A stretch of DNA of 63,529 nt, the filler included, from Lenisia limosa (lineage: Eukaryota; Protista; Breviatea), in assembly GCA_001655205.1 (NCBI GenBank). It is 12 parts of 12 records of this genome, joined end to end, with 100 filler letters (N's around TTAATTAATTAA, not from the genome) between each part and the next. Parts side by side here need not be neighbours in the genome. Positions count along the whole stretch, not along the records: positions 30,342 to 37,850 come from LPNZ01007114.1; positions 37,951 to 40,681 come from LPNZ01009751.1; positions 40,782 to 41,949 come from LPNZ01004952.1; 9 more parts are not named here. One strand, given 5' to 3'. The translations under genes were made by a program, and so were the position numbers. This document shows, one piece after another, positions 30,871-42,049 of this stretch; the stretch's first letter is position 1; each line of letters starts with the position of its first letter. The notes below the pieces were generated by a model. That model did no database searches. It was not told the origin of the DNA and saw only the letters and a program-made list of their open reading frames with translations.

Positions 30871-31547
30871 GGCTGGCTGGTATAAAAAAGGAGGGGGGGT
30901 AGTCAAAAGGGCGAAAAAAAATGGTATTATACATATGGTTAGGATGACCACCCTCAGCTACTATTATCAGATACGTAGCAAGGGCTTCTATCAGATATGA
31001 TTTGGGCTTCTTATAATTTTACCCCCCCCCCCCCCNNNNNNNNNNNNNNNNNNNNNNNNNNNNNNNNNNNNNNNNNNNNNNNNNNNNNNNNNNNNNNNNN
31101 NNNNNNNNNNNNNNNNNNNNNNNNNNNNNNNNNNNNNNNNNNNNNNNNNNNNNNNNNNNNNNNNNNNNNNNNNNNNNNNNNNNNNNNNNNNNNNNNNNNN
31201 NNNNNNNNNNNNNNNNNNNNNNCTCTGGTAGGCAAAAGGTGCAATGCAGTGTTTCTAGGGCTTCACTTAGGTTCAAAAAGACTGAATTTCTCGATAAATC
31301 CTCAAAAACTATTTTACCAGACTTTTTCGAACCGAAGTGATGGACCAAGGCAATATTCTTCATCAAAATTGCCTTCGGTTAACCTCACCCCCCAGATAAG
31401 CTCTCTATTACCCAATATTGTATTACCTTATTTTACCCTACATTACATATATTACGTTTGTTTGTTTGGTTTCAGATTCTTTGTGATTATTAGTACCTTT
31501 ACGCCAATATTCTTCATTGAAATTTCCTTCGTTCACCCTCCCCCCAG

Positions 31548-34500
31548 ACAAGCTCGGGTCAGCTCAAGCAAAGACACCAACACATGCTCCATTACGTACA
31601 GGAGCAGCAGAGGTGCGGGGGGGGGGGCAGAAATGANNNNNNNNNNNNNNNNNNNNNNNNNNNNNNNNNNNNNNNNNNNNNNNNNNNNNNNNNNNNNNNN
31701 NNNNNNNNNNNNNNNNNNNNTTGATGGTGTTGGGGGGGCCTTACTAATTAATACCTTTTCTCGGACTTTTTCTAATAGTTAGGGCTTCCCTACGGTCCAA
31801 ATAAAGACTTAATTTCCAGATAAATTCTCGATAAATATCGATGTTATGACGGTCTTATTCGGACCGTACTAAGGCCTTTATCCACCTTTCTCACACCCCT
31901 CCCCCCTGCTTCAATACTTTTTTTCACTTCCCAGAGCCAGCGACCTCGGGGTACGAAATGAGGCTGCCGGCGCCATAGGCGAAGGACGACCCTCTTCTCA
32001 TTCTGCTCCTCGTATGGAGGGGGGGGGGGGNNNNNNNNNNNNNNNNNNNNNNNNNNNNNNNNNNNNNNNNNNNNNATAATTATTACCATCATCATCATCA
32101 TCAACAACATCACTATCGCCATCATCACCATCATCATCATGATCATCACCATCACCATCATCATCATCATGATCATCACCATCACCAACACAACGATGAC
32201 ACGTCATAGCCCGCGGATTTGCCCCCTTTGGCGGACCCACAATCATCCACCGAGCCCCTGCCTCGCCTCCCTCCGTCTCCCCGAAGCCAAAAACCCCGGA
32301 ACAGTGGGGGGGGGGGGCTCTGTTTTGGGGATCCTTCTTGAAACGAGATCTGCTGATTTTCACCTTTTGGACTTAATAATTGGTTTCACAAACCCAGATT
32401 TATTACATATGACGTAGTATATAATTTCACCAGGTTGGGCAAATAAATAAAAAACTGTATTTCAACAATATGATTTCGACAGTGAAGCAACTTGTGGCCC
32501 ATGTTCAAACTCAGCTGCTTCCTCCCTTGGGCAAGAAATAATATCTACTAAATCGTTAAAAAATCCGGAAAATCAATCAATACGATAGGGATACGACTAA
32601 CCTAAATGAATAATACCTCCAGAAGGCTTCCTGAAAGAACACATGAAAGAGCCCATGAAAGGACCCATGAAAGGACTCCCGAAAAGCCCTTCGAAAGACC
32701 CACGGAAAGAGCTGTTGCCAAGCCTCGAACCAAGACCCATGACACTCCCTCCACAAAGTCCCCTGCTCTCAAGACCACCTCTCCAAAATCGACGCCCGGG
32801 CCTAAATCCCAGGGCTCCCCCCAGGTATGGTTAACAATTTTTTTTTTTAAAAGAAAACCTGCATTAATGGGTACCTTTTGTCATGTAATACTATTGTATG
32901 TCAGTGATTTTTGTTTTCATTTCACTGTAGAATTGTTTTTGTATTTGGGCGCATAGGATGTTGTTTATCTTGAGTCTAGCTTAAATAATAATATGTTATA
33001 TAGATATATATTATGTAATTTAATATTATTCTATAATTAAATATCTCTTAAAAGCGTGATGGTGTGGACAGATTTGGCCAGATACAACCTTGTTTTTTTT
33101 TTTTTTTCTCATATAGAATAATATTAAATCACCCAATTATTTGCCTTACATCTCTGTGCACACAGCCTTCGGCGTGCCTCCCCACCAATCTATGAAGTGT
33201 ACTGCCCTCAGCTGTTTCACCCCTCTTAGAACGCACAAGACACTCCAATCAAAACCAAGAAGTTTTTCAAGGAGAAGAAGCCTCGGTTCGACCGCAGACC
33301 TGAGCCCCAGGTGAAGGTGCGTGGCTTACTTCTTTGTTATTGTTGTTGTAATGTTCTTTTTGTTCTTGTTTTTGTTGTTCTTCTTCTTGTAGTTTTTGTA
33401 GTTTTTGTTATTCTTCTGTTGTTCTTTTTTGTCCTCTTCTTCTTCTTCTTGTTCTTTTTCTTCCTCGTCCTCCTCTTCTTGCTGCCTTTCTTCTTGTTTA
33501 TCCTGTTATGATCTTCTTATTTTTCTTCTTCTATTCGTTTCTTCGTTTTTTTCTTTCTACTTTTCCAAGTTTTGTTATTCATCTTGTTTCTTTCTTGTCT
33601 TCTTTTTCTTCTTGTTCAACATTTCCTCTTACCCTCCCCTCAGAGCTACAAGGCCAAGTCATTCTCACACACCCCATCCCCCCAGAATACTCCTGGAGGT
33701 AGGCTAGAAGATTGTTGAAGAATCAAAGATAACTTTTTTGAAATAGAGAGTGTGTGTGAGAAGAGGCACGATTGACAAAATATATTCTCCTCCTCCATAA
33801 ACCATTTTCCTTGGAGTAATTCCCACAGAAACCCCCTCGGCCCAAAAGAGTCTTCTCCCCACCCCGTCTTCTGGTATGCAAGGCTGAATGAAAATTAAAT
33901 TATGTTGTTATTCTTCTTCTGTTAGATTCCTCCCCAACGTCACCATTTAGATGAATTCATTAGTTGATTGATTAATTCATTAATAATACTGACCACTATG
34001 TCATGAACATTTTTCATAAGGAAAATATACCATCACATGGTTTTAATGACTCTATATTATAGTATTAAATACTTACCCTCCATTCAAAACCCCCTGTCCC
34101 TACTATACTGAAACGCATGACGTTGCAGAACCTCTGCTAAGGCTAATGACCAATACCTTTTCACTGTCATCTCCACCACTGTCCCCTTCCCACTTTATTT
34201 TTAACAACCCTTGTGTGTTGTCAGCCAACAGGGTTGGTTTAGGCTTTTTTGTTTCTTACATTATCCAATTTTACTCCNNNNNNNNNNNNNNNNNNNNNNN
34301 NNNNNNNNNNNNNNNNNNNNNNNNNNNNNNNNNNNNNNNNNNNNNNNNNNNNNNNNNNNNNNNNNNNNNNNNNNNNNNNNNNNNNNNNNNNNNNNNNNNN
34401 NNNNNNNNNNNNNNNNNNNNNNNNNNNNNNNNNNNNNNNNNNNNNNNNNNNNNNNNNNNNNNNNNNNNNNNTCGCCATTTCGGTCGTCATCACCCTTCTT

Positions 34501-34925
34501 TGCAATCGCAAAGTCCTAATTCGGTCCTCTCCGTTATCTTCAACATAGCATTAGGGCTTCCCTATGGTCCCAAAATACCGTTTAAATATTGATATTGATC
34601 GAGGATTTATTGATAAATTCAGTCTTTTTGGGACAGTAGGGAAGCCCTACATGGCATATAATAATAACGTTACAAACAATAACGTTTCTCTGTGTTATGT
34701 ATCACATAACCAACATTAACGTGATAGGTACCGCGAAGGCGTCCCCTCAAAGGACTCCACTTCTCTCCTCCCCTTGCCCTGTAAGCTGCTGATTTTGACT
34801 CTGAGTTTTCAAATTTATAGAGTTGTTGTAGCACTTTTCCGATGAGGATTTTTATTATTATTATTTATTATTATTATTATTATTATTTACTTTATAGGGA
34901 GGCAACCAGTGGAATCCATCGTTTA
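31548..34925 (+). CDS. Uncharacterised low-complexity Pro/Ser/Lys-rich multi-exon gene (partial)
   Basis: Series of GC-richer exons with canonical GT-AG borders, e.g. 32623-32823 RLPERTHERAHERTHERTPEKP...QGSPQ. No domain recognised. Confidence 0.45.
31780..31878. mobile_element. hAT-type MITE, CCCTAC subfamily (degenerate right end)
   Basis: TAGGGCTTCCCTACGGTCCAAA...TTCGGACCGTA. A second copy of the CACTTC subfamily lies at about 31256-31340. Confidence 0.7.
32083..32170. repeat. (CAT/CAC)n microsatellite-like tract
   Basis: Runs of catcatcat/caccat; source of spurious poly-His/Asp/Met ORFs. Confidence 0.9.
33325..33615. repeat. (CTT/GTT)-rich low-complexity tract, intronic
   Basis: Degenerate trinucleotide repeats between two exons. 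Confidence 0.85.
34552..34649. mobile_element. hAT-type MITE, CCCTAC subfamily
   Basis: TAGGGCTTCCCTATGGTCCCAAAA / TTTTGGGACAGTAGGGAAGCCCTA; TSD CATAGCAT / CATGGCAT (7/8). Confidence 0.9.
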
Positions 34926-35723
34926 GTTAGGTCTTTATTTTGTGTTTTTACCCCCTTTCTTTTACTAATATCATGTAATTTGCTTCCCCCCCCCCCTCCC
35001 CTCCTTTTGAAAAGAACCGCTGTGATAAGGATTATTAAGGGTGGGAATATACAAGAGGAGAAGAGGAGGTGGTGGAATGGGATATCCGTAGGGCTTCGCT
35101 TCAGTTCGAAAAAGACCAGTGAAATATCGATAGTTTTTGAGGATTTATCGAGAATTTATTTTGAACTGAAGTGAGCTTGCTCTTATTGATAATTCGGCCA
35201 CAATCATTCACCACTGAGAACTCTTGAAACCATAAAGGAAAAGGTTTGTGGTTTATTATGACAATCCTTCTCCTTCTGATGCAAGACTCATCACTCATTC
35301 TTATGATGATTGCTCAAAGCTGTCCATAATCGATTGGACGTAGTACTCATTAAGGCTCTCACTTAAAATTTCTCAATAATAAGACAGGGATTGTCAATCT
35401 TGGAAACCGGGGAAACCAGGTCCCGTCGATAAGCCGTAGTGGAGTATCAGACTATAATATATCATATTACATGCAGTATTATATGATGATACAATAATTG
35501 ACAACCATCCAAGACCATCCACAATATGAGATAAAAACACCCTCTTTCGAAACCGCATTAAATGCACAAAAGAGTTCTATTTGAACAAAAAGAATGACGT
35601 TAACATTGACATGAAATGGAAAAATAGTGTACAAAGAAGAAAATACCTAGCCTGAAAGGGTTAAAAGAGAAACTTCAAAAAAATGTTGTCTAATACAAGA
35701 GCCCCGACCCCGATTGACATAAA

Positions 35724-35823
35724 TAGGGCTTCCCTGCGGTCCCAAAAGAGACTGATTTTCTCGATAAATCCTCGATAAACATCGACATTTAGACGATCTA
35801 TTTCGGACCGTTGGGAGGCCCTA
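35724..35823. mobile_element. hAT-type MITE, CCCTAC subfamily
   Basis: TIRs present; TSD GACATAAA / GACAGAAG (6/8). A further copy lies at about 35089-35176. Confidence 0.82.
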
Positions 35824-35829
35824 GACAGA

Positions 35830-36534
35830 AGCCGTCATCATACCTATCGTTTCTCGGTGCGGGGTCTAGCCCTCATCCGGGCCTTTGGGACTTGACCGCC
35901 ATCGTTGTCCTGAATGGGGAGTAAAACGAAGGAAATTTCGATGAAAATTGGAAAATTTATGAAACAAAAAAAGCTCAAAATCAACTTTGTTGGCTGACAA
36001 CACACAAGGTTTGATAACAACAAAACACACAAGCACAGAAAAGCCTGGATTTCTCCCCCACCACCACACCACTTCAAGATAAGACCACCCCCCTCCCCAC
36101 AGATGCACCTGGATACTGGTAGCGATGCCCTAAAACAATCAAAAAGAGAATAACTTTTAAAAAGAGTCAATCAAAGGAAAAGATTAAAAACAAACCATCA
36201 AGATTAAAAAGAGTATAAAATATTGAGATGAGAAATACGGTTGTAACAGGCAGAAGCCGACCATCAAGTTTTTTAGGGAGTATGTGAAAAACACAATATG
36301 AATAACGCAAAATAATAATCAAAACAAATCTTCCACCAGCCCCCGTCGCACCTGTTACGCTCAGGGCCTCGATTTCGCGCGCTGGATCGCGCTGACGCTC
36401 ATTTACGGCCTCCAACGCGGTGCGGCCTGTTTTGGCGCTGCTTGGAATGGCGTCACTGGGTACGCGCGGCGCAAGTTTTGGCGAATGTGAAAGGACATTG
36501 GGAGAAGAGATACCCTTGCGTAAAGATCGGCCGC
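35830..36534 (-). CDS. Exons of an uncharacterised gene (partial)
   Basis: GC-rich exon about 36343-36534 (GRSLRKGISSPNVLSHSPKLAPR...EALSVT) with a C-tract acceptor and GT donor; a further exon near 35835-35909. Confidence 0.4.
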
Positions 36535-38103
36535 CTGGGGGGAGAGGGTAAAATGGAGAAAATTTCGATGAAGAATAGTGACAGCAATAAAACAAAAAAA
36601 ACATCTCCCAAACCAATCTGGATGAAATACAATAATAAGATACGTGAGATACAAGATCGAAATGAAAAATGGAAAAAGGTTGTCTCTAACCGAAACCGTC
36701 CACACTGTCACGCTATAAGAGATATGAGATACTGGGTTAGAGTATCATATTAATTGAGAGATGTGATAGTTTAGCTGACATTGCCTACTTTTTCCAGAAG
36801 GNNNNNNNNNNNNNNNNNNNNNNNNNNNNNNNNNNNNNNNNNNNNNNNNNNNNNNNNNNNNNNNNNNNNNNNNNNNNNNNNNNNNNNNNNNNNNNNNNNN
36901 NNNNNNNNNNNNNNNNNNNNNNNNNNNNNNNNNNNNNNNNNNNNNNNNNNNNNNNNNNNNNNNNNNNNNNNNNNNNNNNNNNNNACTTCTAATGTATAAT
37001 ATTTCTCTTGTTTTTAAAATAACTTTGGTAACACGACTGTTTGAACTTAAAGTGTCTGAAATAGGGTTCTCGTTACAATATGTCCGACTTCAAATTTTGA
37101 AATTAATTTTTCTGCATGGTACCCTAATATATATATTATTATACATATCAAATCAGTTCATGGGACTTTTCTTAATCTAAGAGTTATCTTTCCTTTATTA
37201 AACTCTTCTGACACCTTTATAAAACTCTTCCTAAACCCTTATAAGACTTTTCTTAATCCTTTATAAGACACCATTTTATGATTGGGGGATTTATAAAGTA
37301 CAAAAACTATAGCAACCGTTACTATCAATTTAGTGACCAGAAGGGATAAGCAGCAACCAGTTTATATTTTTACCCCAAGAAAGAAGTTCCCTAACATATC
37401 AAATCTGTTTCTAGAAATAATAAAAGGCAATATATATAGTAATGAGAAATAAAAAAATCATGTATNNNNNNNNNNNNNNNNNNNNNNNNNNNNCGTCCAC
37501 ACCATCACGCTTATAAGGATATTGGATTATGGTATAAAAAAAGGAATATATATTCACCGAACTTATTTTGCTGACTATTGAAAGGTTTTGTCACTTTCGG
37601 TTCCAAAAAAACAGAATTCTATATATTCTTGAGATTTCTTTTGGAACCGAAAGTGAAGCACAACAAAAAAACAATAAAGCCCAGGCAGGTCACCTCTACA
37701 GCACCTCCCCCTCCCCCACTACTACCTTAAAAGTGATATCTTCATAATTACCCCTATTTTATATCTAGGGCTTCCCTGCGATCCGAAAAAGACCGATAAA
37801 TATCGATATTTATCGAGGGTTTATTGGGGAAAAAAACAGTCTTTTTTGGGNNNNNNNNNNNNNNNNNNNNNNNNNNNNNNNNNNNNNNNNNNNNTTAATT
37901 AATTAANNNNNNNNNNNNNNNNNNNNNNNNNNNNNNNNNNNNNNNNNNNNACCAAACCCATAAAAACAATGAAAACAATCATATAATCCCATGAAAACAA
38001 GAGCGCAGAAAAATGCCTATAAGGTGCAAATAGAATACGAAGAAGGAATTATTTAAAAAAGAGGGTGAACCCAAAATGCCAAGCAGCCCATAAGAAAGCC
38101 AAC

Positions 38104-40506
38104 GTTCACTGCGGCGTTGGAAAGTCTCCTGTTAACCGCCTGGTCATGGGCGTTCTCTCTCCAAGTCTCGAAGGCCACGGCCATAACACCGCTTCTCCAG
38201 TGTAATGTCGTCTGGCGCAGAGCCGATCTAGGGTTAAGTTCGTGTGTTTTAGAGGGAGGGGGGCTACAAGCGTGGCAACGGGGTGTGTGGTACTTTTGTT
38301 TATGGTGATTGGTATCTCAATGATAATTTAGATTTTATAATTTTCTTGTTCTTAAAAAAAGCCCAAATATTCGCCATGCATCGAATCGAAAACGAAGGAA
38401 ACAAAAAACCTGTGTTGAATTGCGCATTATGAGCTAACTCCACCCCCCTTACCTGTCCCTATGAGCGGACATCCACTTGGTCATAACGGACTGAAGCTTC
38501 GCAATTCGGCGCTTCTCAACAAACTGTTCACTTCGGTCGCGGTCGGCCTTCTTAGTCGCAACAAAGGTCTGGAGGGGGTGAGATTTATTGAAATAGGGAG
38601 AGATAGTGAAGAAATAGAGGTGTCAATAAAGGTATAATAGAGATGAGGGGTGATTACAACATGTTGATACATAAAACATATACTATCTGTGTTTACCCTC
38701 CCCCCACCTTCCAGGCCTTGAAGCACGTGACCGACAGGGATGAACGCATGGTGGAAACTGCCTTGCGTTGGCGCGAGTTTATTTCGCGTGATACGACGGC
38801 GTTTTCTCTCCATGTCTATTGTGGGGGGGGGGGGGGGNNNNNNNNNNNNNNNNNNNNNNNNNNNNNNNNNNNNNNNNNNNNNNNNNNNNNNNNNNNNNNN
38901 NNNNNNNNNNNNNNNNATACAGCAACACGGTCTAAACGAGAGTTCCACTTTCGGTTCCAAAACCGACTTAATTCTCGAAAAAATCCTAGAAATATCGATT
39001 TTAGAACTAAAATTGAAGCTCTATGAGCACTTTTGTCCAAAATCACATATCCTCCCACTCTGAACGCGACAGCAAGATGCCGTGAGCGGAGAGTTGACAC
39101 AGCCTTGGCAGCCACCCCATGCACGTGGTCGTTATACGCCTTTTGGGCTTGGAGGTCCCTGAAGGTTCGATGCATGAGGCTTCTCCGGGTCTTGGCGGCG
39201 ACTGTACGAGAAACCTGGGGGGGGGGGNNNNNNNNNNNNNNNNNNNNNNNNNNNNNNNNNNNNNNNNNNNNNNNNNNNNNNNNNNNNNNNNNNNNNNNNN
39301 NNNNNNNNNNNNNNNNNNNNNNNNNNNNNNNNNNNNNNNNNNNNNNNNNNNNNNNNNNNNNNNNNNNNNNNNNNNGGTGAAGCTTCCCAAAGAAAAACAG
39401 AAAAAGTAACACTGACAGGAAAATATAGATATAATAATAGTAATATTAAGAGTAATATAATAGTATTATAAGAGTAGTAATATTAAAAAGGGTCTTTAGT
39501 AGAAGCATATGACACCCCTTATCATTTACACGTACCTTTCTCAGGTGGAACTCATAGAGCCAGGTATCAAATGCGGGTCCAGCAACAGCCTAAAAAGGTT
39601 ATGAGTGATTCTGCGGCAGTCTAAAGAAAGCTACATATCATACTCCCATCACACTCCCTCCCCCCTGGATATAATAATCAATCGCCCAGAGACCCCCCAA
39701 TTAACTGGATATAATAATCAATCGCCCAGAGACCCCCCAATTAACCCACCTTGGTCTCAATCTTGAGTCGAGCCTCTCGAAGCCTCTTCAATTTGGCCGC
39801 AATAGAGCGCCATTCGGCAAAGACCGCTGTTCGGACCTGAGGGGAGGGTAATGGAAGATTCCAACAATATGCCAAGTAAACGTCTGAGAAAACAATAATA
39901 CTGAGTAAACGTCTGAGTAGGGCTTCACATCGGTTCGAAAAAGATCGGTAAAATATCGATATTTTTCGAGGACTTATCGAGAAATTCAGTCTGAAGTGAA
40001 GACCTACGTCTGAGACACCCCCACAAAACTCTGATCACCCTCAGTAAACCTGTCCCTATAACCCACAATACCCCCCTCCCCACCTTTTGACCATGATAGG
40101 TCACGGCGATGGCTGTTTTGTTGTTGTCCAGCCTGGATTCATGTGCCCATTTGCGCCAGTGCTGGAACATCGCACGCTGCTGGTCCTGAGTATGGTGAAG
40201 GAAGGAAGAAAACTGGTCAAATCAAGCATTAAAATAGCCAAATCACGGATAAGAATAGGTAAATCAGGCATAAGAAGGACCAAATCAGGCATTAGAATAA
40301 GCAAATCAGGCATAAGAAAGACCAAATCAGGAATAAGAATGGTTAAGGAACAAGAATGAGCTAACCAAAAATTGTGTTCCTTTTCCACTCATTACCCTCC
40401 CCCCCACCTTCTCCACAACATTGCTGCAGTAAGCTGAGGCGGTAAGGTCGTTTTCGCGTCTTTTCAGGGCCCAAAGCCGCCAAGCGTTGAAGGGCTTCCA
40501 CTTCGT
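38104..40506 (-). CDS. Sfi1-like repeat (centrin-binding type) protein, partial
   Basis: Eight exons, each with an F/M-x-x-W helix repeat: FNAW, FQHW, FAEW, FDTW, FKAW, MTKW, FETW, separated by basic helical spacers. Confidence 0.7.
39665..39744. repeat. Perfect 40-bp tandem duplication, intronic
   Basis: CTGGATATAATAATCAATCGCCCAGAGACCCCCCAATTAA x2. Confidence 0.95.
39918..40006. mobile_element. hAT-type MITE with perfect 8-bp TSD
   Basis: TAGGGCTTCACATCGG...GAAGTGAAGACCTA flanked by CGTCTGAG on both sides. Confidence 0.92.
40214..40340. repeat. 21-bp minisatellite in an intron of the Sfi1-like gene
   Basis: About 6 imperfect copies of AAATCAGGCATAAGAAxxACC. Confidence 0.85.
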
Positions 40507-42049
40507 CTGGGGGGGGGGTAAAACTGGTTAATTTATGAAACAAAAAAAATAATAATAATAAAAAAATAGAAAGCCCAAAACAAGCTCAGTTGGCTAACAA
40601 CATACGAGAATGAAAAACATCTTGAGCAAAACTTGGGTGGGTGAATCATCTCCAGCCCCCCATCAAAAACAGTAGTTTACTNNNNNNNNNNNNNNNNNNN
40701 NNNNNNNNNNNNNNNNNNNNNNNNNTTAATTAATTAANNNNNNNNNNNNNNNNNNNNNNNNNNNNNNNNNNNNNNNNNNNNCTTAATATGATACTATAAT
40801 GTACATTTGTGATATGTATCACCATTATAAACATAGCATTAAGCCCTCCCATCCTATCGATAGTTTTCGAGGATTTATCGAGGAATTCTGTCTTTTTTCG
40901 AACCGAAGTGAAGCCCTAGTTAAGCCTCAAAAATATTTCTTTTTTACAACTTGACGCTTATTTGACGCTTATTTGACGCCTATTCTTCATAATGATCTCC
41001 TTTATTTGACTCTCGATTGCTGCAGAATCGGCTGGCCTGGGCTTTGTTTTTGTTTTTTGTGTTTATACCTCCCATATGCTCAACCAACAGAGTTGATTTC
41101 GGGCTTTGGTTTTGTTTCATATTTCCATCCTTACACCCCCCCCCCCCGNNNNNNNNNNNNNNNNNNNNNNNNNNNNNNNNNNNNNNNNNNNNNNNNNNNN
41201 NNNNNNNTGTTTCATTAATTATCCACTCTTACCCCTGCCCCCATTTTATTTTCTAGAGCCCCGGGTTTTCGCCAGTTTGGATAGCCCTTCGTTAGAGAAT
41301 GGTGTGTCTTCTTTTCGATGAATTATTCCCAATTGTTCGAAGATTGTGTTGTTTACATTCCTAATTTGTCTGGAATAAATTTCCATAATTTCTCATTCCA
41401 AAAGTGCAAAGTTTTATTCAGTATCCTTTAAAACAGCCTCTCTATAAGCTGTACGAAGCAATTTTTGGTCAGAAGAGAGCATGAAAAGCAAAAGTGAAAG
41501 TGAAGAGACAAATAAATCACCCATATCCTGTTTGTGGAAATTGCTTCAGTTTTTTAAAAGAAACATACTTGTTCAAAAAAGGAGAAGAGAGATGAGAGGG
41601 GAACCTATTCAACAGCTCCCTGTTACGGTCACAGGGAATGTTGCTGTAACATAAGTTGAACACAAAAACAATTTGTCAGTTATGTGAAAAGTCTACGGGA
41701 AGGAGTGCTCGGGTGTTTTATGAAAAGTAATCAAAATGGGAGTAACCATCAAATACCACAAATGCCAAACAGTTTTGAACCAATAGGGGGGGAGAGAGAA
41801 TAGGTGGAGAAACAAAAGAAGAAAACTGCAGAGTAAGATAAAGATTTCAGGGGGGCGGAGTGACAAATGGTAATTAAGTTTGAACACTGATGTAAAACAA
41901 GATCTTACTACCATGTCATGTGATATAGAGATAGAGTGAGTGGGCATGANNNNNNNNNNNNNNNNNNNNNNNNNNNNNNNNNNNNNNNNNNNNTTAATTA
42001 ATTAANNNNNNNNNNNNNNNNNNNNNNNNNNNNNNNNNNNNNNNNNNNN

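Noticed and set aside
31844-32417. Poly-Met/His/Asp ORFs in the ORF track
   Set aside because: Products of a CAT microsatellite and an N gap within an intron.
33127-33167. Repeat module X (…CTCTGTGCACACAG) supplying 3' splice sites here and at about 60022
   Set aside because: Using these AGs gives an in-frame stop (33167) or a frameshift (60022); skipping them keeps the flanking exons in frame.
38714-38810. Plus-strand exon (ALKHVTDRDERMVETALRW…)
   Set aside because: The minus-strand reading continues the Sfi1-like F-x-x-W repeats in phase; the plus-strand signals are a mirror effect of G/C intron ends.
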